In this document: piece by piece, positions 1 to 9,228 of the stretch
Position numbering within the stretch: the stretch's first letter is position 1
Layout of the letters: each line of letters begins with the position of its first letter
NCBI GenBank assembly: GCA_038874655.1
Contig: JAVZBY010000003.1
Coordinates: forward strand, 22,718-86,717
DNA from: Candidatus Woesearchaeota archaeon
GTDB lineage: Archaea; Nanobdellota; Nanobdellia; Woesearchaeales; GW2011-AR15
Reading direction: 5' to 3'
Length of the DNA stretch: 64,000 nt
Position numbers and translations under genes: made by a program
The notes under the pieces: generated by a model
What the model was told of the DNA's origin: nothing
Databases searched by the model: none
The model's input: the letters and a program-made list of their open reading frames with translations, nothing else

Positions 1-549
1 AAAATCTTTTGCAGATTCTTTTTCATATTCATCTTGTTTTACCCTTGCACCTTCTTTTAAATTTTCTACATTAATTTTTGATAATTTCCCGTAATCTTTA
101 AATTTAGAAACACTAAAATAAGTAGAACCATCTTCGCTTTTATATGCAATTCCTTTTTCTAATAATCTTTTTGATATTTCAATCATCTCATTTATTGTTT
201 CTGTTGCCTTTGGATAATATTCCACTTTCTCAATATTTAAAGTTTCTAAATCCTCAAAAAAGTACTTTGTATATCTCTCTGTAAATTCTTTTAAAGAAAC
301 ACCTTCTTTTTGTGAATCTCTTATTGTTTTATCATCAACATCTGTTAAATTCATAACATGAATTACTTCATAGCCCTTATATTTTAGATATCTACGCAAC
401 ATATCAGAGAAAACATAACTTCTCATATTGCCTATATGTGCAAAATTATATACAGTTGGCCCACAACTATATATTCTAACTTGTCCTGGGTTTATTTCTT
501 TAAACTCTTCTTTTTGCCTTGTTAAGGTGTTATAAAATTTTAATACCAT
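1..549 (-). CDS. cysS: Cysteine--tRNA ligase, N-terminal part; gene continues past the window start
   Basis: The minus-strand ORF starts with ATG at 549-547 and is not in the supplied ORF list because it is truncated by the window edge. Translation begins MVLKFYNTLTRQKEEFKEINPGQVRIYSCGPTVYNFAHIGNMRSYV, matching the class-I HIGH-type motif region of CysRS. Near the window edge it reads ...KESAKDF, consistent with the CysRS KxxxDFALWK region. Confidence 0.8.
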   Translation of the reverse strand, partial: MVLKFYNTLTRQKEEFKEINPGQVRIYSCGPTVYNFAHIGNMRSYVFSDMLRRYLKYKGYEVIHVMNLTDVDDKTIRDSQKEGVSLKEFTERYTKYFFEDLETLNIEKVEYYPKATETINEMIEISKRLLEKGIAYKSEDGSTYFSVSKFKDYGKLSKINVENLKEGARVKQDEYEKESAKDF

Positions 550-568
550 TTTAATTTAGATAATAAAC

Positions 569-1150
569 CTATTTTTTAATTTTTGTTTTAGGTAATTCTA
601 AATCAACCTTTTTTCCATTTAATTTAACTATTTTTCCTGGAATTCCAACAACTGTTGAATTACTTGGCACATCATGTTCAATTATAAAAGTATTAGCTCC
701 AATTTTAACATTGTCTCCAATAGTTATAGGACCTAATAAAATAGCACCAGTTCCTATTAAAACATTATTTCCTATTGTTGGATGTCTTTTACCTAGATGT
801 TTTCCTGTTCCTCCCAAGGTTACATTATGAAATAAAACACAATTATTTCCTATTTCAACAGTTTCTCCTATAACCACACCCATTCCATGATCAATAAAAA
901 AACCTTTTCCAATCTTAGCTCCTGGATGTATTTCAATGCCTGTTAAAAATCTCATAAACTGTGAAATTAACCTTGGCAAAAAAGGAACATTCAATTTATA
1001 TAAAGGATGACAAACATATCTATGGATTATAATAGCATATAAACTAGGATAAAGAAAAACTTCTAAATTTCTAAAAATATTGCCTTGTAATGCAGGGTCA
1101 TTTTTTATTGCTACTTTTACATCTTCAAACATTTTAAAATCCAATGGCAA
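569..1150 (-). CDS. cysE: Serine O-acetyltransferase (left-handed beta-helix hexapeptide acyltransferase)
   Basis: Sequence ...[46 protein letters not shown] shows hexapeptide repeats and the typical SAT core; adjacency to cysS is a common arrangement. Confidence 0.8.
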   Translation of the reverse strand: MPLDFKMFEDVKVAIKNDPALQGNIFRNLEVFLYPSLYAIIIHRYVCHPLYKLNVPFLPRLISQFMRFLTGIEIHPGAKIGKGFFIDHGMGVVIGETVEIGNNCVLFHNVTLGGTGKHLGKRHPTIGNNVLIGTGAILLGPITIGDNVKIGANTFIIEHDVPSNSTVVGIPGKIVKLNGKKVDLELPKTKIKK

Positions 1151-1221
1151 TGAATTTATAAAATTTTTTAAATTTTTATTTAAATTAAATTTTTATTTAA
1201 AATGAATCAAATAATTTAAAA

Positions 1222-1428
1222 ATGAAAAACATAAATATAAAAGCAAGAGTTATTGAGATAAAAGAAGTAAAAGAATTCGAGAAATTTGGAAAAAAAGGAA
1301 AATTAGCAATTGCTGTTATTGAAACAAAGGAAAAAAAAAGATATTTTCTAAATCTTTGGGATGAACAGATAGATTATATAAAAAAAGGAACTCATAGAAA
1401 TAATAAACGGCTATTTCAAACAATATAA
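1222..1428 (+). CDS. Hypothetical small protein (68 aa), Lys-rich
   Basis: ORF only; sits between the cysE and corA genes; no recognisable motif. Confidence 0.25.
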   Translation: MKNINIKARVIEIKEVKEFEKFGKKGKLAIAVIETKEKKRYFLNLWDEQIDYIKKGTHRNNKRLFQTI

Positions 1429-1561
1429 AGGTGAAAACTACCTAAATGTTAATAATTATGGTAGAATAGAAGTCCTGAAAAAATAAAAAAGTAAATAAAA
1501 TAAATAAAAAATACTAAAAAAAATAGTAAAATTTTTATTCTATTTACTTTATTAAATAAAT

Positions 1562-2488
1562 ATGCTAACAATCTACAGAAAAAGCCAATCTGATAAAGAA
1601 CTTATTACATTAGAAAAAAGCGAAACAGGATCTTGGATTAGCTTAATAAATCCTAATGATGAAGAAATCTCAAAAATATCACAAGAACAAAATGTTCCAG
1701 AAGATTTTTTAAAAAGCGTTAATGACCCAGATGAAAAACCTAGAATTGAAACAGAAAATGGTAATGTATTAATTATTATTAAAATCCCACATTTAAGAGA
1801 AAATTTTATTGAAACACTTTCTTTTGGTATTATTGTAGCAGAGAAAAATATAATTACTGTTTGCTCAACTGATAATATAATTATAAATGATATTCTATCT
1901 AATAAAATTAAAAATTTCTACACCACAAAAAAAACAAGATTTTGTTTACAAATACTAGCAAGAGCAAATAGAAATTATCAAAAATACTTAGATGATATTG
2001 AAAAAAATATTGAAAAAATTGAATCAGAGATAATGAAATCTTTTAAAAATGAGGAAATAATAAAATTATTAGGCATACAAAAAAGTTTAGTTTATATTAA
2101 CACAGCTATATTATCTAATGAAAAGGTCTTAGAAAAAATAATGACTGGTAAGCTATTAAAAATGTATGACGAAGATGAAGATTTATTAGAAGATATAATT
2201 GCAGATAACAAACAAGCAATTGATATGGTGAATATATTCTCAAATATCTTATCAAACACAATGGATGCATATGCATCAATCATTTCAAACAACTTAAATA
2301 TTGTAATGAAATTCTTAACATCTGTAACTATTATCTTAGCAATTCCTTCAATTGTAACAAGCTTTTATGGAATGAATGTTGAATTGCCATTTCAAGATTC
2401 TCATATAGCTTTTGTTTATGTAATTTTAATATCATCTGGATTAGCCATGCTTGCTTCTTATTTCTTTTTTAAAAAGGGGTATTTTTGA
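1562..2488 (+). CDS. corA: CorA-family Mg2+/Co2+ transporter
   Basis: 308 aa; C-terminal YGMNVELPF (GMN signature) followed by two hydrophobic helices. Confidence 0.85.
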   Translation: MLTIYRKSQSDKELITLEKSETGSWISLINPNDEEISKISQEQNVPEDFLKSVNDPDEKPRIETENGNVLIIIKIPHLRENFIETLSFGIIVAEKNIITVCSTDNIIINDILSNKIKNFYTTKKTRFCLQILARANRNYQKYLDDIEKNIEKIESEIMKSFKNEEIIKLLGIQKSLVYINTAILSNEKVLEKIMTGKLLKMYDEDEDLLEDIIADNKQAIDMVNIFSNILSNTMDAYASIISNNLNIVMKFLTSVTIILAIPSIVTSFYGMNVELPFQDSHIAFVYVILISSGLAMLASYFFFKKGYF

Positions 2489-2534
2489 TTTTTAGTTTAT
2501 ATTTTGAGAGTCTAATATAATTCTAATTATATCC

Positions 2535-2597
2535 TAAATAGTAAAATAAATAAATAGTAAAAAAATAGTAAAATAAATAAATAGTAAAATAAAGTAT
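2535..2597. repeat. Four tandem copies of a roughly 15-16 bp AT-rich unit (AAATAGTAAAATAAAT-like) directly upstream of the 2634 start
   Basis: Seen directly: taaatagtaaaataaa / taaatagtaaaaaaa / tagtaaaataaataaa / tagtaaaataaag. Confidence 0.5.
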
Positions 2598-2633
2598 AAA
2601 AATATAAGATAAAATTTCATAGGTGGGGAACTA

Positions 2634-3161
2634 ATGAAAAAATCTTTAAAAGCGCAAATAACTTTGTTTGTTGTTATTGGTTTGGTTGTTTTGATTGTGG
2701 GTGGAATGGCAATTTTTTATTTGAATAAAGACAATAAATTACTAAAAGAAACAAAAAAAGGTGTTTCTTTTTCTTCAGATAAAGATGTTTTTAAAGAGAG
2801 ATATGATAAATGCATGAAAGAAATTTTATTAGAAGGAATGTCTAAAGCATTAACTATTGAAAATGCAAATGGTTTCTTAGAACAATATTTAATACAAAAT
2901 TTTGAAAAATGCCTTTATTTAGGAGAAAAATCAACTTTAGGCTATAGTGTTGATTTTACAAATTTTGTTCCTAAAGTTAGGGTTTATGAAGATACTATTG
3001 TTTTTGAAAGCACAGGTGTTTTAATTGCAGAAAAAGACGGCAAAAAAATAGAAATAAAAGGAAATAGCTTTACATTGCCATTAAATGTTGTTCAAACATT
3101 AAAAACAGATGATTCTGGCAAATGTTTTAGAAGATTTCCAAATTGTTTCTCCAGATACTAA
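2634..3161 (+). CDS. Signal-anchored N-terminal segment (175 aa), probably the 5' part of a frameshift-split gene together with 3109..6780
   Basis: SD-like AGGTGGGGA at 2621-2629 precedes the start. N-terminus MKKSLKAQITLFVVIGLVVLIVGGMAIFYL is a transmembrane/signal anchor. The ORF ends 52 nt after the start of the overlapping large ORF, which is in another frame. Confidence 0.5.
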   Translation: MKKSLKAQITLFVVIGLVVLIVGGMAIFYLNKDNKLLKETKKGVSFSSDKDVFKERYDKCMKEILLEGMSKALTIENANGFLEQYLIQNFEKCLYLGEKSTLGYSVDFTNFVPKVRVYEDTIVFESTGVLIAEKDGKKIEIKGNSFTLPLNVVQTLKTDDSGKCFRRFPNCFSRY

Positions 3162-6100
3162 AGTTGTTTTTAGAATTAAAAAAGGAACAAAAGCACTAAC
3201 AAGTGATGATAAGCCTATAAAACAAATAAAAATGAAATTAATTCCAAGACCAAAAGAGGAAATATTGCCACAAGATTTAAGTATAATGATAGGCCCAGTT
3301 CTTTATAGAATTGAGCCAGATGGTGCTAAATTTGATCCTCCTGTAGAATTAAGTTATTACTATCATGACCCTGATCCTAATGAAGAAACAAACGAAAAAA
3401 ATTTCATGTTAAGCTATTACAATTATTTATCAGACGGACAATTTGTTGCTTATGAAACAAGCGTTGATACTAACAAAAACCTTATAACAGCAAAAGTTCC
3501 TCATTTATCAGACCCAGTTCCTGTAAGTGATTGTGGCTCATCTGCTAAAACTTATAAATTAGAAGATATTTTTGTCCCTAATTGTGATTTGATAAATAGA
3601 GATACTGTTTTTACAATTGAATCTAAAAAGCAGTTATTTTTTCATATAAAGGATTTTTATTCAATATTTACAACAAGAAAAAAAAATGAAGAAAAATATT
3701 TAATAAAAGGCATAAATGGGCAAGTTATAGATTATATGGAAAAATGCCAATTAATTCAACCTATATTTACAGATGCTAATGGAGATAGTCAACTTAATTA
3801 CCCTAATGATGATCCAGAAAAAGATTTGGATAAAGTTTTGTTGAGAATATCATCTTATTATCCTTATTTATGTGATGAGACTTGTAAAAATAAAATCAGT
3901 TCTGGAGATTATACTGAAGTTTGTAAAAAACTATGCACTTCTGACACAGCAAATTTATGCAAAAAATATTTTATAAAAGATGTGCCTGATCAATCTGATA
4001 ATGTGGTATGGAGATGGTCTAATGATGGAAATTATTATGATTCAAACCCTGAATGGGGTGAATATTTCAAAACAATAAAAGGCATAAAAGAAGATGGCAC
4101 TTATTTTGAGCCAGAACCTGATGATAAATACAAAGGCAAAAAAATAACAGATGATGTTTTTTATGGAGATGGCATTAATGATGAATTTGCTAATAAGTTA
4201 TTACTTTATCCTTCTACTGAGGATATATATGATGGTGCTTACTTCCTTTGCAAACCTGAAAATGGCATGAAACCAGCAACTCCTAAGTATGCATGGGGTT
4301 ATGAAAATTTACAAAACTTTGGCGGCAGGGCAGAATTTAAATTTTTCTTTGATGAAAATTCTTGTTTTAATCCACATAAAACACAGAATAATAAAATTGT
4401 AATAACACATCATAAATATTTAAAAATCACAAACTTCAAAATAAACGACAACTCTTATCCATTGCCAGAAAAAGGAAAATCAAACTTTGCATTTGATTAT
4501 GTTGATAGTAATAGTGTTTATGAATTAACCTTAAAAGTAAAAGAAAATAAATATTGCGAAGGAACTGGTTGTTCACAAGACACTTATATAAAAGAAGGTG
4601 AAAATGTTGTTGAATTAGAATTTTCACTTGATGAAAAAGAATTAGCAAATTTAAAAGAAGGTGATACAATAAAAATAAGTGAATTAGTTGGAGATGGCTC
4701 TGTTTCATTAATTGGCAATGGATTTAAAGAACAAGCATGCACAATAGACCAAAGAAAAACTTATTTAACTAATTATAATTCAAAATGTTCTTTTGATACT
4801 GATAATGTTAATATAAATAATAATGAACTAACTAACGTATTAAATAAAATAACTGATGATAACAAAGCAATAAAAACTTCAAGTTTACTTGATTCAAAAG
4901 AAGTTAAACAATTTTATGCTGCAAATGGAGTTGAATTAACAACAGAAATGATGTTTACTTGCCCTACTGATGATAATAATATTGTATGTAAAAATGCACA
5001 AAAAGGATGTTATGATAAGAAAGAGACATATGTAGGTGATGTTATTGTTGATGTTGATACTATTTTTACTTATTTGGGTATGCAGTGTATTCCAACTTCT
5101 CCAAGTGATATGACTCCAAAATCAGGAACAAATCAACAAGCTAAGTGTTCTGAGGTTTTAGGTTATGAGTATGAAGATTTTGATAATAATGGAGATATTA
5201 CAAAATGCACAATAAACTGCCAATGGGACACTAGTGTTTGTAAAAAAAGAACAAATGATTTTAGTAATTATCAGTTTGCAGGCAAACCTGGAAGTGCTTG
5301 TGTTGGTGGAAAACCAAATGGTGTTTTAGATAAAGATGAGCAATGTGATCCTTTGGTTAATCCGCCAACTGAAAAAAAATGCAATCAATTAGATTCTAAT
5401 AGATATAAAGACACTGCAAATGTCATATTAACTTCGAACTACCATTGCAAAGAAGATTGCACATGGGATTATGTAGCAAGATGTGATTATTTGGCATTAG
5501 GAGATAGTGGAAAATGCACAAAAAAACCTGATGGATCTGAGAGTGTTGACAGTAATGAATTTTGTGATATAGACGATGACGGAACACATTTATTAAATGG
5601 TAAAACATGCACAGATTACAAAGGAATGCCAGATATAGGAAGCCTTTATTCTGGCGGTGTTTTAAAATGCAAAAATGATTGCACTTATGACTTTTCTGGC
5701 TGCATTAAAAAAGAATCTGCAAGATGCAGAATAATTAATGGTGAAAAAATAGAACCTCCTAATGGTCAGATTTCAAATACTATATGTTCTGACTTTTCAT
5801 GCACTTGTGAATGCAAAGATATGGAAGATAAAGATTTAGATGAAAAAGACTTTAAAACAACATGCGAATCTTTATGCCAAAACAGATATGGTGGGAAATT
5901 TATTTATTATTCAGCTGGAATTTCATACAGACAAGTATCAAATGATTTATGTAATATGCCTACCTGCTATGACACAGATCCTAATAATGACCCAACAATA
6001 TTAGGAACTGTACAGGTTAAGTATAAAGAGGGTGAAAATTGGAAAAGCGAAACAAAGACAGATGAATGTGAGACTGATGGAAAAAAAACAATAGAATATA

Positions 6101-6780
6101 AGTGTGATTTATTAGAAAAAAAAGGATATACTACAGAGACAAAAGATTGCTCAACTTATAATAGTGGAAAAGATGATCCAGACTTTCCATTTGGCTATTG
6201 CTCTAATGGAGTTTGTAAATCCTCAACTGTACAAGCAAGATGTGATGCTAATTCAAAAGCTAATCCACCTATAGAGCCAGATACTTATGTTTCATTCACA
6301 GATGTTGATGGCTATACTTTTGAAACTTGCTGTAATGATAATACTTATTGTGTTGGCCGCGATACTAATTGTTATGAAAACGGCTATTTCACTGAAAAGA
6401 AAATCTGTAATTCAGGAACATGGGCTATTTGTGGCTATAAGAATTATAATGACAAAAAAACAATTCCAGAAATTAATATTGGTGGAACAATATATTACTG
6501 CGATTTAAACACCAATAAATGGCGAACTTCAAAAATTTATGATGGAAAACCAATAAAATATTGTGGCCCTGATTCACAACCTTTTTTAATTAATTCTCAA
6601 GGAGAAGATTGTAATTCAGGTAATAAGGACTGTGTTTATCTATGCAAAGCAGGCTATTTTTACGCAAATGATTATGCTCCAGGAAAAAAGGTTTATGCAT
6701 TAGATGGAACAACAGTAATTGCAATTTTAAATGAAGACACAACAACAGCTTCAAGTAAAAAATACTGGGTTTTGCAATAA
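3109..6780 (+). CDS. Large Cys-rich extracellular protein (1223 aa as called), rich in N-glycosylation sequons; lacks its own signal peptide
   Basis: Long ORF with many Cys residues. A repeated motif C-x-x-D-C-T-[WY]-D occurs as KCTINCQWDTSVC, HCKEDCTWDYVARC and KCKNDCTYDFSGC. Many NxS/T sequons. The N-terminus MILANVLEDF is not hydrophobic. An in-frame stop lies 3 codons upstream of the ATG. Confidence 0.7.
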   Translation: MILANVLEDFQIVSPDTKVVFRIKKGTKALTSDDKPIKQIKMKLIPRPKEEILPQDLSIMIGPVLYRIEPDGAKFDPPVELSYYYHDPDPNEETNEKNFMLSYYNYLSDGQFVAYETSVDTNKNLITAKVPHLSDPVPVSDCGSSAKTYKLEDIFVPNCDLINRDTVFTIESKKQLFFHIKDFYSIFTTRKKNEEKYLIKGINGQVIDYMEKCQLIQPIFTDANGDSQLNYPNDDPEKDLDKVLLRISSYYPYLCDETCKNKISSGDYTEVCKKLCTSDTANLCKKYFIKDVPDQSDNVVWRWSNDGNYYDSNPEWGEYFKTIKGIKEDGTYFEPEPDDKYKGKKITDDVFYGDGINDEFANKLLLYPSTEDIYDGAYFLCKPENGMKPATPKYAWGYENLQNFGGRAEFKFFFDENSCFNPHKTQNNKIVITHHKYLKITNFKINDNSYPLPEKGKSNFAFDYVDSNSVYELTLKVKENKYCEGTGCSQDTYIKEGENVVELEFSLDEKELANLKEGDTIKISELVGDGSVSLIGNGFKEQACTIDQRKTYLTNYNSKCSFDTDNVNINNNELTNVLNKITDDNKAIKTSSLLDSKEVKQFYAANGVELTTEMMFTCPTDDNNIVCKNAQKGCYDKKETYVGDVIVDVDTIFTYLGMQCIPTSPSDMTPKSGTNQQAKCSEVLGYEYEDFDNNGDITKCTINCQWDTSVCKKRTNDFSNYQFAGKPGSACVGGKPNGVLDKDEQCDPLVNPPTEKKCNQLDSNRYKDTANVILTSNYHCKEDCTWDYVARCDYLALGDSGKCTKKPDGSESVDSNEFCDIDDDGTHLLNGKTCTDYKGMPDIGSLYSGGVLKCKNDCTYDFSGCIKKESARCRIINGEKIEPPNGQISNTICSDFSCTCECKDMEDKDLDEKDFKTTCESLCQNRYGGKFIYYSAGISYRQVSNDLCNMPTCYDTDPNNDPTILGTVQVKYKEGENWKSETKTDECETDGKKTIEYKCDLLEKKGYTTETKDCSTYNSGKDDPDFPFGYCSNGVCKSSTVQARCDANSKANPPIEPDTYVSFTDVDGYTFETCCNDNTYCVGRDTNCYENGYFTEKKICNSGTWAICGYKNYNDKKTIPEINIGGTIYYCDLNTNKWRTSKIYDGKPIKYCGPDSQPFLINSQGEDCNSGNKDCVYLCKAGYFYANDYAPGKKVYALDGTTVIAILNEDTTTASSKKYWVLQ

Positions 6781-6869
6781 ATTTAAAATAAATTTTTCTT
6801 TCTTTTTTTAAAAAAAGGATAAAAAAGATTAAATTTATAAATTGTCTTACTTTTCTTACTTATAAGAAA

Positions 6870-7121
6870 GTGATAAATATGTCAATTTTAGATATTAAAA
6901 CAGCTACAATAACTGAAAAAGGCCAGATTGCTATTCCTAAAGAGATAAGAAAAAGATTTAAAATTGGCTCAAAAGTTGCAATTATTTCTTTTGAAGATAG
7001 AATTGAATTAAGACCTTTAGAAATAATTAATGAAAAAATATTTACTGCAATAGCTAGTGAAAAGTCATTATCTAAAGAATGGAATAGCAAAGAGGATGAA
7101 GAAGCATGGAAGAATTTGTAA
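6870..7121 (+). CDS. mazE: MazE/AbrB-like (SpoVT/AbrB swapped-hairpin) antitoxin
   Basis: ...KGQIAIPKEIRKRFKIGSKVAIISFEDRIELRPLE is a typical AbrB-fold DNA-binding segment; overlaps the downstream toxin start by 16 nt. Confidence 0.65.
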   Translation: MINMSILDIKTATITEKGQIAIPKEIRKRFKIGSKVAIISFEDRIELRPLEIINEKIFTAIASEKSLSKEWNSKEDEEAWKNL

Positions 7122-7438
7122 AAGGAGATGTTGTTGTTTTGCCTTTTCCTTTTTCTGATTTAAGTAATTCTAAAAAAAGGCCTGCTTTAGTTGTTGCAAA
7201 ATTAAAAAGTGATGATATTATTTTATGCCAAATAACAAGCCAAAATAGAATTGATGATTATTCTATTATTTTAGCAAATGATGATTTTAAGCAAGGTAGT
7301 TTAAATTTAACCAGTTTAATAAGAGCAAATAAAATATTCACAACAGATAAATCTTTAATTCTTTATAAAATAGGTACTCTTAAAGAAAATAAAATAAAAG
7401 AAGTTGAGGCAGCACTAATAAAAATATTCAAAGAATAG
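7106..7438 (+). CDS. mazF: MazF/PemK-family endoribonuclease toxin
   Basis: KGDVVVLPFPFSDLSNSKKRPALVVA matches the PemK/MazF N-terminal signature (GD-h-h-x-h-x-F, K-x-RP-x-LVh). Confidence 0.75.
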   Translation: MEEFVKGDVVVLPFPFSDLSNSKKRPALVVAKLKSDDIILCQITSQNRIDDYSIILANDDFKQGSLNLTSLIRANKIFTTDKSLILYKIGTLKENKIKEVEAALIKIFKE

Positions 7439-7565
7439 TATTTATTTCAATATAAACGATAAATTAATATAATTTAGTTTAATTAAAATTTATTATTACT
7501 GATCTTCAATCTATAATAGAATAATATGAATAATTTTATAAGCTCTTTTTCTTTCTTTTTTTCTT

Positions 7566-7895
7566 ATGGCAAATAAGCAACCAAATCATAAAAAAACAAA
7601 CAAAACAAGCAATTTAATAACCAAAGAATACTTACTAGAAATAGCCAAAAATTCAAGACTAAATTTATCAGAGCAAGAACTTAATGAATTAATGCCTCAA
7701 TTATCTGAAATTTTAACTTATTTCTCAGAGATTCAGAAAATAGAAACAGAAAACACAAAGCCTAGTTTTCAGCCTATTGAATTAAAAAACAATTTCAGAG
7801 AAGACATTGTAAAAAAATCAACTGACAATGAAACTGCTTTAAAAAACACAATGCATAAAAAAGATGGTTATTTTAAAGGGCCTAGAATTTTATAA
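7566..7895 (+). CDS. gatC: Glu/Asp-tRNA amidotransferase subunit C
   Basis: ITKEYLLEIAKNSRLNLSEQELNELMPQLSEILTYFSEIQKIETENTKP shows the typical GatC pattern; gatA and gatB are nearby. Confidence 0.7.
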   Translation: MANKQPNHKKTNKTSNLITKEYLLEIAKNSRLNLSEQELNELMPQLSEILTYFSEIQKIETENTKPSFQPIELKNNFREDIVKKSTDNETALKNTMHKKDGYFKGPRIL

Positions 7896-7949
7896 ATATC
7901 TCTAAAAATTAACAAAATATTTATAAATTTAAATTTTTAAATTATTTAT

Positions 7950-8348
7950 ATGAAAGAAATATTATATCCTTCACCTGAGTTAATAATTCAATTTAATGCA
8001 TTAGCAATAACTATGTTTGAAACAAAAAAAGCAGACTCTTCAAAATTATTAAGTTATACTAAATTATTAGAAGCAATTGAAAAATGTAAAAAAACAGAAG
8101 GAGACATATATGATAAAGCAGCTGTATTATTAATTGAATTAGTAAAAGCACATGCTTTTGCAAGTGGTAATAGAAGAACTGCATTCATAACTACAAAGGA
8201 TTTTATAAAAAAAAATAAAGCAAAATTTAATATTAAAGATGATCCAACTAATGCAAAAATATTAACTGGTGTGAGAGAAGGTTATTATAAAACTAATGAA
8301 ATAAAAGAGTGGATAAAAAATGGAAAAATCAGAAAATTTGAAAGATGA
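7950..8348 (+). CDS. doc: Doc/Fic-family protein (death-on-curing-like toxin), solo
   Basis: HAFASGNRRTAF resembles the Doc motif H-x-F-x-D-G-N-K-R; size is 132 aa; no Phd-like gene upstream. Confidence 0.55.
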   Translation: MKEILYPSPELIIQFNALAITMFETKKADSSKLLSYTKLLEAIEKCKKTEGDIYDKAAVLLIELVKAHAFASGNRRTAFITTKDFIKKNKAKFNIKDDPTNAKILTGVREGYYKTNEIKEWIKNGKIRKFER

Positions 8349-8535
8349 AGAAAGATATAAAATTGTAGTTGAAGAAGTTTTAAAATTTAAAGAATTAGTA
8401 AAAGGTCATAGAAAATTATTAGAAGCAATAGGAAGATTATAAAGAATAATTCCTTAATATATTAATCTTCTTTTAATATCTTTATTTGAATCTTAAAGCT
8501 AACTAGCAATAAAACATTTATATCATTATAATAAA

Positions 8536-9168
8536 ATGCCAAAAAAAACCATAATAAAAAAAACAAAAAATAAACCTAAATTAAACATAAAACTAATTTT
8601 AATCCTAATCTTATCACTATTAACTTTATTAACAATATACATAAGCAAAACAAAAAAAGGTGAAAATATGTCTGAAAATATTATTGTGGTATTTGAAACC
8701 AACAGAGGTAATTTTGAGGTTTTATTAGATGAAAAAAACTCACCAATAACAACAAAAAACTTTTTAGAATATGTAAATGAGGGTTTTTATAATGGCTTAA
8801 TATTTCATAGAGTCATAAAAGGTTTTATGATTCAAGGTGGTGGTTTTGATATTAACATGAATCAAAAAAAAACAAAAGAGCCGATAAAAAACGAAGCAAA
8901 TAATGGCTTAAAAAATTTAAAATACACAATTGCAATGGCAAGAACATCAGAAATAAATAGTGCCACTTCTCAATTTTTTATAAATACAGCAAACAATAGT
9001 TTTTTAGATTATGGTGTAAGAGATTATGGCTATGCTGTTTTTGGAAAAGTTATAAGTGGTTTTGAAACAATAGACAAAATAGAAAATTCAAAAACACATT
9101 CAATCGGTTATTTTGATGATGTTCCCGTTGAACCAATTATAATAAAAAAAGCTTATGTTAAAAAATAA
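8536..9168 (+). CDS. Cyclophilin-type peptidyl-prolyl cis-trans isomerase with an N-terminal membrane anchor
   Basis: FHRVIKGFMIQGGGF and the overall cyclophilin core; hydrophobic N-terminus LILILILSLLTLLTIYI. Confidence 0.85.
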   Translation: MPKKTIIKKTKNKPKLNIKLILILILSLLTLLTIYISKTKKGENMSENIIVVFETNRGNFEVLLDEKNSPITTKNFLEYVNEGFYNGLIFHRVIKGFMIQGGGFDINMNQKKTKEPIKNEANNGLKNLKYTIAMARTSEINSATSQFFINTANNSFLDYGVRDYGYAVFGKVISGFETIDKIENSKTHSIGYFDDVPVEPIIIKKAYVKK

Positions 9169-9228
9169 TAAGTATAAAAAAATATAAATAATCAAATAAC
9201 TAATAAAATAAACAAAATAACCAATAAA

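Noticed and set aside
2092-2292. Antisense or embedded ORFs from the six-frame track: 2092-2292, 4436-4708, 5423-5608, 6287-6508, 6860-7090, 9519-9767, 10840-11220, 11412-11636, 11654-11851, 14751-15008, 17278-17472, 17741-18004, 19542-20009, 23699-23956, 25482-25868, 26809-27236, 28173-28355, 28554-28772, 30289-30504, 30838-31023, 35117-35404, 36331-36567, 38046-38399, 40913-41236, 41566-41811, 47383-47613, 48603-48800, 49640-49867, 52012-52209, 53309-53536, 56622-57087, 57209-57478, 61018-61266
   Set aside because: All lie inside, and mostly antisense to, longer well-supported genes. Their translations are low-complexity (Leu/Ile/Phe/Lys-rich), as expected from AT-rich DNA read out of frame. 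No motifs were seen.
2535-2597. Possible CRISPR array
   Set aside because: Only about 4 short (16 bp) AT-rich tandem units with no unique spacers between them. No other repeat-spacer structure was seen anywhere in the window, and no cas genes.
8350-8442. Short ORF-like stretch after doc (ERYKIVVEEVLKFKELVKGHRKLLEAIGRL) as a possible antitoxin
   Set aside because: No ATG start in frame (only a possible TTG at 8338), and the stretch is too short to evaluate, so it was left unannotated.
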